Shown in pieces: positions 54,955-64,000 of a stretch of 64,000 bases of DNA (within the stretch, counting starts at the first letter, position 1; each line of letters starts with the position of its first letter). The stretch comes from Minisyncoccia bacterium. GTDB lineage: Bacteria > Patescibacteriota > Minisyncoccia > Phycocordibacterales > SBAW01. Where the stretch lies: the NCBI GenBank assembly GCA_049997855.1, contig JBEKSG010000001.1, forward strand, positions 58,059 through 122,058. Reading direction: 5' to 3'. The translations under genes and the position numbers were made by a program. The notes under the pieces are model-generated. The model was not told the DNA's origin, did not search any database, and was given only the letters and a program-made list of their open reading frames with translations.

Positions 54955-56154
54955 TTGGTGTATAGTACACATATGTGGCTCGGTAAAACCAAAGAGGTTG
55001 ATACTCAAGGAGATTTTGGCTATCTTGCGCCGGGGTCGTACTATTTTGACTCGGCGTGTCAGACGCTCCGACCCTCGCAGGTCATCGAAGCGCAGCGCTC
55101 CTATTTTGAAACCTTTAACGCCTGCGGCGGCCGGGTGTCATATCCGTGGGGAGAAAAGGTGGATGAAATAACCGAGCATGTGCGCACGGCGATGCTCGAC
55201 TATTTTGAGCTTTCGGCAAAGGAATACGCGGTTTCTTTTACGCTCAATACAACGTACGGGATTAATCTTTTACTTTCACAATTGCCGAGGGGTAAGTATG
55301 CGCGCGTTGTTACCTCGGAGATCGAGCACAACTCGGTGTTCTTGCCAACCATCTCACTTGCAAAACGGCTTGGCATCCCGCGCGTGATATTGTCGCGCGC
55401 CGAAGACGGCGCGCTCCGCTACGAGCCGAGCGACCTTGAGCGCGCGATAGTGGTAGTTAACGCGCGCTCCAACTTTGATGCACAAGCGCTCCACAACTTA
55501 CACGAGCTGGTACAAGACACGCATGCCAAAGGCGGCATTGTAATACTTGACGCGGCGCAGGCAGCCACACACGAGCCAGCACTCCTCCGAGGATGCGGCG
55601 CCGATGCTATCGTCGCCTCGGCGCACAAGATGTACGGCCCAAGTCTCGGCGTTATGACTGTGCGCATCGCATTGCTCAACGAACTTGAGCTTTCGTTTGT
55701 CGGCGGCGGGATGGTGCGCGATGTCGAGGAGGATTCTTTTTTGCCGAGCATTGAGCCACACGACAGACTCGAGCCCGGGCTCCAAAATTATAGTGGCATC
55801 GTTGGGTTCGATGCGGCTATGCCACGCCTCGCGGCCTATGAGGCAAGCGGCAAAGAGGCGAAGCTTACAACGCAACTGTCAAAGTCGCTCAGCGAGTTGC
55901 CGCTTACCCTTATTACCTCCAAGCCAAGCTCTATTGTGAGTTTTTACAGCGAAAAGGTAGACTCGAATCGTCTCGCGCTTTTTTTGGCGGGGCAGGGTGT
56001 AATGGTGCGCAGTGGATACTTTTGTTGTCATTATTATCTCCAAAAAGTAAAACAGTATCCACCGCTCGTGCGCTTCTCGCTCGGGGCACACAATACGGAG
56101 GAGGACATTACGCATGCGATTTCAATAGTAAAAACAATTCTTAACAATATATAA
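54955..56154 (+). CDS. Class V aminotransferase / cysteine desulfurase-like PLP enzyme
   Basis: SAHKMYGPSLG Lys-PLP motif. Confidence 0.6.
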   Translation: MVYSTHMWLGKTKEVDTQGDFGYLAPGSYYFDSACQTLRPSQVIEAQRSYFETFNACGGRVSYPWGEKVDEITEHVRTAMLDYFELSAKEYAVSFTLNTTYGINLLLSQLPRGKYARVVTSEIEHNSVFLPTISLAKRLGIPRVILSRAEDGALRYEPSDLERAIVVVNARSNFDAQALHNLHELVQDTHAKGGIVILDAAQAATHEPALLRGCGADAIVASAHKMYGPSLGVMTVRIALLNELELSFVGGGMVRDVEEDSFLPSIEPHDRLEPGLQNYSGIVGFDAAMPRLAAYEASGKEAKLTTQLSKSLSELPLTLITSKPSSIVSFYSEKVDSNRLALFLAGQGVMVRSGYFCCHYYLQKVKQYPPLVRFSLGAHNTEEDITHAISIVKTILNNI

Positions 56155-56157
56155 AAC

Positions 56158-57234
56158 ATGTTTTGCATTGCGGCTTTCATTATTTTATGCATCCTCGGGA
56201 TCTTTTCGGCCCGGTATCGCCGGCTTGCAGGCAAGGCGTGGTATTGCGTCTCGCGCAAACTAACCTTGAGGCCCTGCGAGATACGCTTTGACGAAGAGAT
56301 TAAAGGCAAACTATTAGGCAAGCTCATCCTCACGCATCCGCGCCTGGCGCGATTTTTGGGACGCTGGTTTGACGTGTTGGCATTTATTTTTGTGGTACTC
56401 AGCATTTGGAGTCTGGTAGTGGCGCTCATCGCCGGGCTCAATCTCTTTGTATATGGCACTTGCGATCCGCAAAATGCCGAGGCATGCTCCTTGAGTTCCG
56501 AGACGTGCTCTATCGCGAGCGCACAAGAAACATTTTGGCAATCGGTACTCGACAATCACGAGCTCCTATGGGCGTCTGAGCAAGTGGGCGACATCGGCGA
56601 GGCTATAACACGCATACCGGACAGGCTTAAAAACTGGAACGTCGCGGACTATATAACTACGGATAACACCTACTACGCACCGTTTGACGCGTCTAAACAA
56701 ACCGCGCTCGAAATCATCGACCCGGGTTGTATCTATTGCGCAAAATTATTTACCAATATTGAGGCGGCTGATTTTGAGCATAGTCACAACCTTACCTATA
56801 TTGTGTATCCGATTCCTAACCCCACCAAACCCGGCCAGTACAAGTTTAAAAACTCGTATCTCATTGCAGAGTATCTTGAGGCGGCCAAGCGCATTGCTCC
56901 GGCAACGGCAGGGAGCGTACCTCCCGATTGGCAAGTGCTCCAAGCGGTGTTTACCGGGGAGGATAGCAACGGCGCGCGGTTGCAAGATCTTTTTGACAGC
57001 TATTATACCACCGAACAGGCAACTATGGAGCTCCACACGCTCCTCCTTGCGGCAGGGTATGTGGAGAGCCAGCTATCAGCACTTGATAAAGAGGCCGCCT
57101 CGGCCGAGGTTGCGGGCGTACTCGCTGTGAATAAAGCAGTAGTCGAGCAGGAAATCCACACAGTTAAAATCCCGACTATCATTTTTGGCGGACAGCGTTA
57201 TAGCGAGGTGCTTACACCTGCGCAGTTGCGTTAA
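56158..57234 (+). CDS. Membrane-anchored thioredoxin-fold (DsbA-like) thiol-disulfide oxidoreductase
   Basis: N-terminal TM helices with Cys pairs (CDPQNAEAC), periplasmic domain with CIYC CxxC motif. Confidence 0.45.
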   Translation: MFCIAAFIILCILGIFSARYRRLAGKAWYCVSRKLTLRPCEIRFDEEIKGKLLGKLILTHPRLARFLGRWFDVLAFIFVVLSIWSLVVALIAGLNLFVYGTCDPQNAEACSLSSETCSIASAQETFWQSVLDNHELLWASEQVGDIGEAITRIPDRLKNWNVADYITTDNTYYAPFDASKQTALEIIDPGCIYCAKLFTNIEAADFEHSHNLTYIVYPIPNPTKPGQYKFKNSYLIAEYLEAAKRIAPATAGSVPPDWQVLQAVFTGEDSNGARLQDLFDSYYTTEQATMELHTLLLAAGYVESQLSALDKEAASAEVAGVLAVNKAVVEQEIHTVKIPTIIFGGQRYSEVLTPAQLR

Positions 57235-57236
57235 TT

Positions 57237-57560
57237 ATGGATCATATCAGCGCGCACATAAAAAAAGCCGCAGATAAACCCCGACGCCCTGGGGTCGGGG
57301 TCCCGACCAGGGCGTCGGGAGACCGTGTTACCGAGCGCGGCGAGCTGATGCAGTATTTTATGGAACGGTTGAATAGCTCGCGCGTGCGCGATGGCTTGCC
57401 CAAACTCACCATGCCACGCATGGGACACTTGCTGACGGCGATACCCACCAAAGATTTATACTATTTAAAAAGTGTGTGCGACAACGCAAAGGACTTTTCC
57501 AAAAAATTTTGGTGGGAGATCGATCCTAAGAAACATTCTGACAATAATCATGCAAAATAA
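57237..57560 (+). CDS. Hypothetical small protein overlapping the murA start
   Basis: ORF track; no motif. Confidence 0.3.
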   Translation: MDHISAHIKKAADKPRRPGVGVPTRASGDRVTERGELMQYFMERLNSSRVRDGLPKLTMPRMGHLLTAIPTKDLYYLKSVCDNAKDFSKKFWWEIDPKKHSDNNHAK

Positions 57561-58806
57561 ATTTATCGTCGAAGGGCTCGCAGGCAAAAAAACGCTGGAA
57601 GGCGAGATTGTCGTTGGCGGCGCTAAAAACGCAGCCACCAAGGCGCTTGCCGCCTCAATCTTGTTTGAAGACGAGTTGCAGTACCACAACATGCCTGAGA
57701 TAGAAGACGTCGCGCGCATGCGCGAGCTCCTCGCTGTTGCCAAGCAGGGCACCATACTCAATCCAGTGATGGATAAAAAAATATCCGAGCGCATGCGTTC
57801 ATCTATTGTAATGGCCGGCCCTTTGCTCGCGCGCGCAGGCGCGGTGACCTTCCCGTTCCCCGGGGGATGCGTGCTCGGCGAGCGGCCCATCGATTTGTTT
57901 TTGGAGGGATTTAAGGCGATGGGGGCCTGCATTGAGGAAAGAAACGATTTATTTGTTGTCACCGCGCCGGGTAAAAAATTAAAGGGTGCACACATCGCAT
58001 TCCCGTTTGTCTCGGTGACCGCAACCGAGACACTCATGCTCGCAGCAGTGCTTGCGGAAGGAGAGACAATTTTGGAAAATGCGGCTATGGAACCCGAGAT
58101 ATCGTGCTTGGCAGAGTTTTTAAACTTATGCGGCTCACACATCGACGGTGCAGGCACAAACACCATAAAAATTGCTGGTGGCAATTTGCTCAAAGCCGAA
58201 GGCAAAGCGTTTGTAACGCCTCCCGACAGGATAGAGGCGGGAAGCTTTGTGATACTCGCCGCGCTTGCCGGCAAAGAAGTAACAATACAAAAGTGCGAGC
58301 CAAAACATATGGGAGCGATTATCACTTTGATTCGGCATGCGGGCGTGCCGCTCGAGGTCGGCGCAGAGTATATAAAAGTATCGGCAGGCGACATCCGGAA
58401 CAGCGCGTTTAAGCTCGTTTCGGTGCGCACACACGAGTATCCGGGATTTCCCACCGACCTCCAAGCGCCGATGGCGGTGTTTCTCTCCCAGGCAACCGGC
58501 GAGGGCATGATACTCGAAACAATTTTTGACGGGCGCTTTAGGTACGCCGATGACTTGGTGCGCATGGGCGCCGACATCACGGTGATGAATCCGCACAAAA
58601 TGTTAATCAAAGGCCCGCGCCCTCTTAGCCGTAAAGAGCTCGAGAGCCCCGACCTGCGCGGCGGCTTGGCCTACATCATTGCCGCGGCGGTTGCCACCGG
58701 CACCTCAACAATCAGCAACGCCTACGTGATAGACCGCGGCTACGAGCATATAGAGGAACGCCTTCAAAAATTAGGCCTTAATATCAAGAGGGAAGTATCC
58801 GCATAA
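57550..58806 (+). CDS. murA: UDP-N-acetylglucosamine 1-carboxyvinyltransferase
   Basis: MQNKFIVEGLAGKKTLEGEIVVGGAKNAA N-terminus, full-length EPT fold signature. Confidence 0.85.
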   Translation: MQNKFIVEGLAGKKTLEGEIVVGGAKNAATKALAASILFEDELQYHNMPEIEDVARMRELLAVAKQGTILNPVMDKKISERMRSSIVMAGPLLARAGAVTFPFPGGCVLGERPIDLFLEGFKAMGACIEERNDLFVVTAPGKKLKGAHIAFPFVSVTATETLMLAAVLAEGETILENAAMEPEISCLAEFLNLCGSHIDGAGTNTIKIAGGNLLKAEGKAFVTPPDRIEAGSFVILAALAGKEVTIQKCEPKHMGAIITLIRHAGVPLEVGAEYIKVSAGDIRNSAFKLVSVRTHEYPGFPTDLQAPMAVFLSQATGEGMILETIFDGRFRYADDLVRMGADITVMNPHKMLIKGPRPLSRKELESPDLRGGLAYIIAAAVATGTSTISNAYVIDRGYEHIEERLQKLGLNIKREVSA

Positions 58807-58844
58807 TTTGTTTAAGTCGCTTTGCTCTTGTATCATGGCGGGGC

Positions 58845-59859
58845 TATGGCTTTTTTTACTCCCAAGCTCGGCATTGACCTCGGCACCACCAACACGCTGG
58901 TGTTTGTGCCGGGTAAGGGGGTCATACTCAACGAACCATCGGTGGTCGCAATCTCCGAGGTCGACAAGCACGTGTTGGCGGTGGGTTTTGCCGCCAAAGA
59001 AATGATAGGCCGCACGCCGGGCGAAATTGTGGCCTATCGGCCGCTCCGCGACGGCGTCATTGCCGACTATCGCGTCACGCAAGCGATGCTGCGCTATTTT
59101 ATACAAAAGGCGCTCGGGCGCTTCCAATTTTTTAAGCCGGAGGTGATGATTAGCGTGCCCACTGGCGTCACCTCGACCGAGCGGCGCGCGGTAGTAGAGG
59201 CCGCGATACGCGCGGGCGCAAAGAGTGCCTACGTGGTTAAAGAGTCGGTGCTCGCAGCCATCGGCGCGGGCATTCCCATACAAGAAGCGCGTGGCAACAT
59301 GGTGGTCGACCTCGGCGGCGGCACGTGCGATGTGGCGGTCATCAGCCTCGGCGGCATTGTGGCTTCCACAAGCGTTAAATGCGCGGGCGACAAGCTTGAC
59401 CATGCTATCGCCGATTATATTAAAAAAACATATAACCTCGGCATCGGCGAGAAGACCGCCGAGGACGTCAAAATCGCCATCGGTTCGGCGGTACCGATGG
59501 AAGAGGAGTTTGCCGTCATGGTGCGCGGCCGCGATTTTATCTCAGGGCTCCCGCGCACGGTTGAGATAAAAACCAATGACATTGTTAAAGCTATTGGCAA
59601 AGAACTCCGCGAAATAATCAAAGCAATACGCGATGTTTTGCAAGAGACGCCGCCCGAGCTCGCGAGCGACATTATTGATAGGGGTATCATCATGACAGGA
59701 GGCACTTCGCTGTTGCGCAACTTTCCCGAGCTGGTGCTCCGCCGCACGGGTGTTAAGGCTGAGGTGGCAAACGACCCTCTCTATTGCGTGGCGCGCGGCA
59801 CGGGCATTGCGCTCAACCATCTCGACACGTACAAAAAAGCCATCATCACTAAAAGGTAG
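58845..59859 (+). CDS. mreB: Rod shape-determining actin homolog MreB
   Basis: GIDLGTTNTLV phosphate-1 motif, DLGGGTCD phosphate-2. Confidence 0.85.
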
Positions 59860-59901
59860 CTCCCAAAAAGATTTGCATTTTGGGAGCTTATAATTATCCT
59901 C

Positions 59902-60588
59902 ATGACTCACCATGCCTATTTTTTAGAAGGCGAGCTGAACCTCTTGCAAGCGGTAAGCAACGACGTGCGCGCACGCGAGCATATAAAAAGTAATGATCCC
60001 GACTTTCTTGAACGAATGTACGAAAAGTTTGGCGTCGAAGAAGCGGCAAAGCTGAGAACTCTTGCGTCTTTTAGAGCGGCGGGAGAAAAAAGTTTTTTTA
60101 TTATCGCAATTTCTTCGATTACCATCGAGGCGCAGCAAGCGTTGCTCAAACTGCTCGAGGAACCGCGCACAGGATTGACGCTCGTGCTCGTGGTGCCGCA
60201 CGGTGCGCTGTTGCCAACACTGCGCTCGCGCATGCTCGCATATCCACACAAGTTGAAATTTGCTGAGCAAAATAGTCTGGTTGAGACGAAGTCGACCCGA
60301 GGACTTTTTGAACAGCAAATTTCAACTTTCCTAAAATCGCCCTATAAAGCGCGCAGTGCAATCATTACCGAGTTGCTTGGGGACGACGAGGGTGCCCGGG
60401 AGCGCGTGCGGGCTTTTTTAAACGGGCTCGAAATCGAGCTCCATACAAAATTTTTGCAGTCGAAGGGTAAAAAAGAGTTTCGCGAAGCGCTCGAGGATAT
60501 TGCGAAAGTGCGCTCTTACGCGGGCGACCGCTCGCCATCTTTTAAAATGTTACTTGAGCATTTGGCTTTGGCGTTACCGAGGTTTTGA
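59902..60588 (+). CDS. holB: DNA polymerase III delta-prime-like clamp-loader subunit (degenerate, no Walker A)
   Basis: HAYFLEG...LLKLLEEPRTGLTLVLVVPHGALLPTLRSR pattern. Confidence 0.55.
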   Translation: MTHHAYFLEGELNLLQAVSNDVRAREHIKSNDPDFLERMYEKFGVEEAAKLRTLASFRAAGEKSFFIIAISSITIEAQQALLKLLEEPRTGLTLVLVVPHGALLPTLRSRMLAYPHKLKFAEQNSLVETKSTRGLFEQQISTFLKSPYKARSAIITELLGDDEGARERVRAFLNGLEIELHTKFLQSKGKKEFREALEDIAKVRSYAGDRSPSFKMLLEHLALALPRF

Positions 60589-60598
60589 AATTATTACT

Positions 60599-60612
60599 AT
60601 ATTACGTAATAT
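60599..60612. promoter_or_regulatory. 14-bp palindrome ATATTACGTAATAT (copy 3), 12 nt upstream of the nth start
   Basis: Direct sequence observation. Confidence 0.5.
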
Positions 60613-60623
60613 AGGAAACTTTC

Positions 60624-61301
60624 ATGAGTCCCAAAAAACTACAAGAAAGAAAACTGCGCGTGCGAAAGCTCAACAAAGCTCTTGCGGAGCTTTTTCCGCA
60701 TGCAAGAATTGAGCTCAACTATAAAACGCCGTTGGAGCTTTTGGTGGCCGTCCAGCTCTCCGCACAGTCGACCGATAAAACCGTCAACAAGATTACCGAA
60801 ACGTTGTTTAAAAAATATAAAAATCTTGATGCCTACGTGCGTGCGAGCCAAACCGAACGAGGCAGGCGTGAGTTTGAACGCGCCATCTTTTCATCTGGAT
60901 TTTATCGCAACAAAGCTAAAAACATCCTTGCTGCCGCCGCAATGATAAAAGAAAAGTTTAATGGGAAAGTGCCCAAAACAATGGAAGGGATGTTGCGCCT
61001 GCCGGGCGTTGCGCGCAAAACAGCCAACGTGGTGCTTGCCGAGGCGTTCGGTGCTTTGGCAGGCGTTGCGGTAGATACGCATGTCATACGCTTTGTAAAA
61101 CGATTTGACCTTTCCGACGAAAAAATGCCCCAAAGAATAGAAAAAGACTTGACGCAACTCTTGCCGCACAAAGAATGGCGCGCGTTTACGCACAGGGTTA
61201 TCTGGTATGGCAGGCGCATGGCGCCTGCCAGGCCCTACGACACTGGCAAAGACCCGTTGGTTAAAATCTATCCGCCTGCCACCAAACGCTTTAGGGTGTA
61301 G
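60624..61301 (+). CDS. nth: Endonuclease III-family HhH-GPD DNA glycosylase lacking the C-terminal 4Fe-4S cysteine cluster
   Basis: LLVAVQLSAQSTDK, LPGVARKTANVVL HhH-GPD; no CxxxxxxCxxCxxxxxC at the C-terminus. Confidence 0.7.
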   Translation: MSPKKLQERKLRVRKLNKALAELFPHARIELNYKTPLELLVAVQLSAQSTDKTVNKITETLFKKYKNLDAYVRASQTERGRREFERAIFSSGFYRNKAKNILAAAAMIKEKFNGKVPKTMEGMLRLPGVARKTANVVLAEAFGALAGVAVDTHVIRFVKRFDLSDEKMPQRIEKDLTQLLPHKEWRAFTHRVIWYGRRMAPARPYDTGKDPLVKIYPPATKRFRV

Positions 61302-61435
61302 CACCGTGGAAACTTCTTGAGAAAAATCTAGGCGGGGGCGTGCCGCTTTTTAAGGAGCAGAGCGACTATAAAAAGTGGGGTTAAGGATTTTTTGAGAGAA
61401 TGTTCCCATGGTGCTGTTAATGTTATAATGTCGCC

Positions 61436-61987
61436 ATGGCATACGATTTTAAAACTTTTGATAAGAAGATTGCAGATATTACCGAGCGGCTCGGCAAAGA
61501 GCTGGCATCTGTGCGCACGGGGCGCGCCGGGCCGGCGATACTCGACGGCGTGTTAGTGGAGAGCTATGGCACTCGCGTGCCGATAACTCAAGTTGCCAAT
61601 ATCTCGATTGAAGACGCGCGCACGTTGCGTATCGTGCCGTGGGATAAAGCCCTAGCCAAAGAAATTGAGAAGGCTATAACAAGCGCAAATCTCGGCCTCT
61701 CGGTCGGTGTGGACGAAAAAGGGGTTCGCGTGTTTTTTCCCGAGCTCACCTCGGAGCGCCGCGTGTCGCTCCTTAAACTCGCCAAAGAAAAAGTTGAGGA
61801 GATGCGCACGTCGCTTCGCTCGGTACGCGATGAGGTGTGGAGTGATATCCAAAAGCTGGAACGTGACGGCAAGATGCCCGAAGACGACAAGTTTAAAGCA
61901 AAATACGACATGCAAAAGCGCGTCGATGCGGCCAACGCCGCCTTTGACACCGCGCTCGCGCGGAAAGAGAAGGAGATAGCGGGCTAA
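61436..61987 (+). CDS. frr: Ribosome recycling factor
   Basis: Full-length match (LASVRTGRA...VPWD...). Confidence 0.85.
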   Translation: MAYDFKTFDKKIADITERLGKELASVRTGRAGPAILDGVLVESYGTRVPITQVANISIEDARTLRIVPWDKALAKEIEKAITSANLGLSVGVDEKGVRVFFPELTSERRVSLLKLAKEKVEEMRTSLRSVRDEVWSDIQKLERDGKMPEDDKFKAKYDMQKRVDAANAAFDTALARKEKEIAG

Positions 61988-62004
61988 ATGCTATCATAAG
62001 GCGC

Positions 62005-63132
62005 ATGACCTTTGTCTACTTTATCCTCATTTTGGTGGTGCTTGTCATCGTGCACGAGTTTGGACATTTTATCGTGGCCAAATTGTGCGGCATACGTGTC
62101 GACGAGTTTGGCATATTTTTCCCGCCGCGCATCGCGGCCATCACAAGAGGGGAGACCATATACTCCATTAATTGGCTGCCGTTTGGCGGGTTTGTAAAAA
62201 TCTTCGGCGAAAATTACAACGACCTGCCTGCGCAGGCAGGAGGGCAAACCGGCACGCGGAGCTTTGCGAGCAAGCCGCCGCTTATGCAAGCCATGGTTAT
62301 CGTTGCGGGCATCGTGTGCAACCTTCTTTTTGCGTGGCTTGTGCTCTCGACGGGTTACATGGCGGGCATCCCTACCTCGCCCGGCACCAACACCTTTGGC
62401 ACCGTTACCAACGTACAGGTACTTGTGACTGACGTGTTGCCCGGCTCTCCGGCCGAAAAATCCGGTCTTGTGAGCAACGACCAGATAGAGAAAATACAAA
62501 CCGCCAGCGCCTCGCTCGATGTGCGCTCGCTTATACAAACTCAAAGCTCCGGCGCGGCTGATACCGTAACCAACTTTATTGTGGCGCATCAAGACGAGAG
62601 CGTAATTATCACGGTGTTGCGCGGCGGGCAACAAAAAGAGTTTTTAGCCAAAGCCGAGAGCGGACTTGTCGCAGGGCGCAAAGCAATAGGCGTTGAACTC
62701 TCCGATGTGGGCACGCTGAGGCTTGCGCCCCCGCAAGCTATACTCCAAGGTGCGATATTTGGCTACGACATTACCATCAACACAGCGCAAGGCCTCGCTG
62801 TTTTTTTAAAGCAATTGGCAACCGGCACCGCCGATTTTAGTCAAGTATCGGGCCCCATCGGCATCACCGTGTTTGGTGCGGCAACGCTCAAGGAGGGATG
62901 GGTAGCGGCGGCGCTCTTAACCGCGCTCATATCGATAAATCTGGCAATCATAAACCTCATCCCCATCCCCGGGCTTGACGGCGGCCGCTTGCTTATCATT
63001 GGCATCGAGGCAATACGCCGCCGCCCAATGCACCCGAGCCTCGTGATGAAGGCTACCATGGTCGGTTTTGTGCTCCTCATTATCCTCATGGCTGTAGTGT
63101 CGTATCACGACATAGTTCGCCTCGTGGGATAA
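62005..63132 (+). CDS. rseP: RIP site-2 metalloprotease (M50, RseP-like) with PDZ domain
   Basis: HEFGHF zinc motif in TM1; PDZ region; C-terminal NLIPIPGLDGG motif. Confidence 0.8.
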   Translation: MTFVYFILILVVLVIVHEFGHFIVAKLCGIRVDEFGIFFPPRIAAITRGETIYSINWLPFGGFVKIFGENYNDLPAQAGGQTGTRSFASKPPLMQAMVIVAGIVCNLLFAWLVLSTGYMAGIPTSPGTNTFGTVTNVQVLVTDVLPGSPAEKSGLVSNDQIEKIQTASASLDVRSLIQTQSSGAADTVTNFIVAHQDESVIITVLRGGQQKEFLAKAESGLVAGRKAIGVELSDVGTLRLAPPQAILQGAIFGYDITINTAQGLAVFLKQLATGTADFSQVSGPIGITVFGAATLKEGWVAAALLTALISINLAIINLIPIPGLDGGRLLIIGIEAIRRRPMHPSLVMKATMVGFVLLIILMAVVSYHDIVRLVG

Positions 63133-63137
63133 AAAAT

Positions 63138-64000
63138 ATGGACGATCGTCTGCAAACAAAACGAGAAGAGTTTGATTTTTTAGCGAAAGAGTACCAAGTT
63201 CATCCGGAGCTGTTTCTGCGGTCGGCATTTGTGGAGGATGCCGAGACGTTGGGAGAGTTTGGCATATACATCCCCGGCAAGGAATCCTGCGCACCCGGCC
63301 TCCTCAAATTATGGCCGGAAGATTTTATTGTTGAAGAACAAACACAAAAAGGCAACTCAAGTGTCAGCGGCACTCGTGCGACTGTCTCGGGAGAAGGCGG
63401 TACAGTGTATGCAACGCTCGTTAAGTGCGGGCTCTCAACAATCGAGGCAGTTGAGGACATTGCACAAAAACTGGGGCTTTGTGTCGAAGACATCGCCTAT
63501 GCGGGGATTAAAGACAAAGACGCTATTACGGCACAGCTTATCTCGCTCCGGCGCACGTCGGTTGCAAAAGTTGCAGCAATCAAAACCCCGAATTTTTTTC
63601 TTAAGGATATATATAGTGGGCAAGGCGCGATAGAAAAAGGCGGTCTCACCGGCAATCGCTTTACTATTGTCGTGCGTACCGAGCCGTCATTTTTTGAAGG
63701 CGGGCAAGCATCTTTATTTGTTAAAAAACTGACACAACTTAAAAGAAAGGGTTTTTATAATTTCTTTTACCTCCAACGTTTTGGCACACCACGCCTGCAC
63801 AACTTTGCCTGGGCACGACAGATTTTGCGCGGTGAGTATGAGGCCGCTGTGCGCGATATCATTGCCTTCGAAGGCTCGCGCGAGTTACCATACTTTAAAC
63901 AGATGCGCCAAAAAATGGATGCGTCGTTTGGCCGCTGGGACAAAATCCAAAAACTGATAGAGCCGCTGCCTCTCATGTTTAGGCACGAGCAAAGGCTCGC
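63138..64000 (+). CDS. truD: tRNA pseudouridine synthase TruD-like (partial, continues past window end)
   Basis: Hand translation: ...KESCAPGLLKLWPEDFIVEEQ (TruD N-terminal motif), IAYAGIKDKDAIT (catalytic Asp region); no stop before 64000. Confidence 0.6.
   Translation, partial: MDDRLQTKREEFDFLAKEYQVHPELFLRSAFVEDAETLGEFGIYIPGKESCAPGLLKLWPEDFIVEEQTQKGNSSVSGTRATVSGEGGTVYATLVKCGLSTIEAVEDIAQKLGLCVEDIAYAGIKDKDAITAQLISLRRTSVAKVAAIKTPNFFLKDIYSGQGAIEKGGLTGNRFTIVVRTEPSFFEGGQASLFVKKLTQLKRKGFYNFFYLQRFGTPRLHNFAWARQILRGEYEAAVRDIIAFEGSRELPYFKQMRQKMDASFGRWDKIQKLIEPLPLMFRHEQRL

Overview
The window is a gene-dense bacterial chromosome segment of about 58% GC, read from sequence alone with no database searches run. 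Coding is compact and several mRNAs look leaderless. The gene content is compatible with a monoderm or Patescibacteria (CPR)-like lineage, but that is not proven. Features supporting that reading are a Com-like type IV pilus lacking secretin and PilMNOP, a SWIB domain protein, a degenerate HolB, an endonuclease III without its Fe-S cysteines, and poly-Gly-linked surface proteins.

Left to right, the window contains:
- the 5' part of a class I ribonucleotide reductase alpha gene (minus strand)
- a Zur-ZnuABC zinc uptake operon
- a compact type IV pilus / pseudopilus cluster: PilB-like ATPase, PilC platform, four prepilin-type proteins (one fused to an LVIVD beta-propeller) and a major pilin. 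It is interrupted by a REP-associated tyrosine transposase (RAYT) flanked by 19-bp palindromic REP elements, and four REP sites in total are scattered across 6.9-13.4 kb
- a block of large secreted surface proteins (13.5-24.4 kb): DUF11-like repeats, poly-Gly linkers, C-terminal peptidoglycan-binding domains, a shared Gly/Asn/Thr-rich repeat family, and a sedolisin-like peptidase
- a beta-mannoside phosphorolysis locus: three GH130 domains, a PMI-type cupin, a HAD-IIB hydrolase, an MFS transporter, and a TrpR/YerC-like regulator bracketed by 14-bp palindromes
- envelope genes: UppP, a PLD-like protein, an LtaS-like sulfatase, a second YibE/F paralog, and a class A beta-lactamase-like protein
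- a roughly 12-13 kb integrative element inserted beside tRNA-Asn(GUU). It carries a large serine recombinase, a type III restriction-modification pair (Mod and Res), an Xis-like HTH protein, a Rep_trans-like protein, and a run of uncharacterised small membrane proteins. This is the best candidate in the window for a previously undescribed defence or abortive-infection module
- housekeeping genes: HPF, Fmt, Def, a class V aminotransferase, MurA, MreB, a HolB-like protein, Nth, Frr, RseP, and a partial TruD
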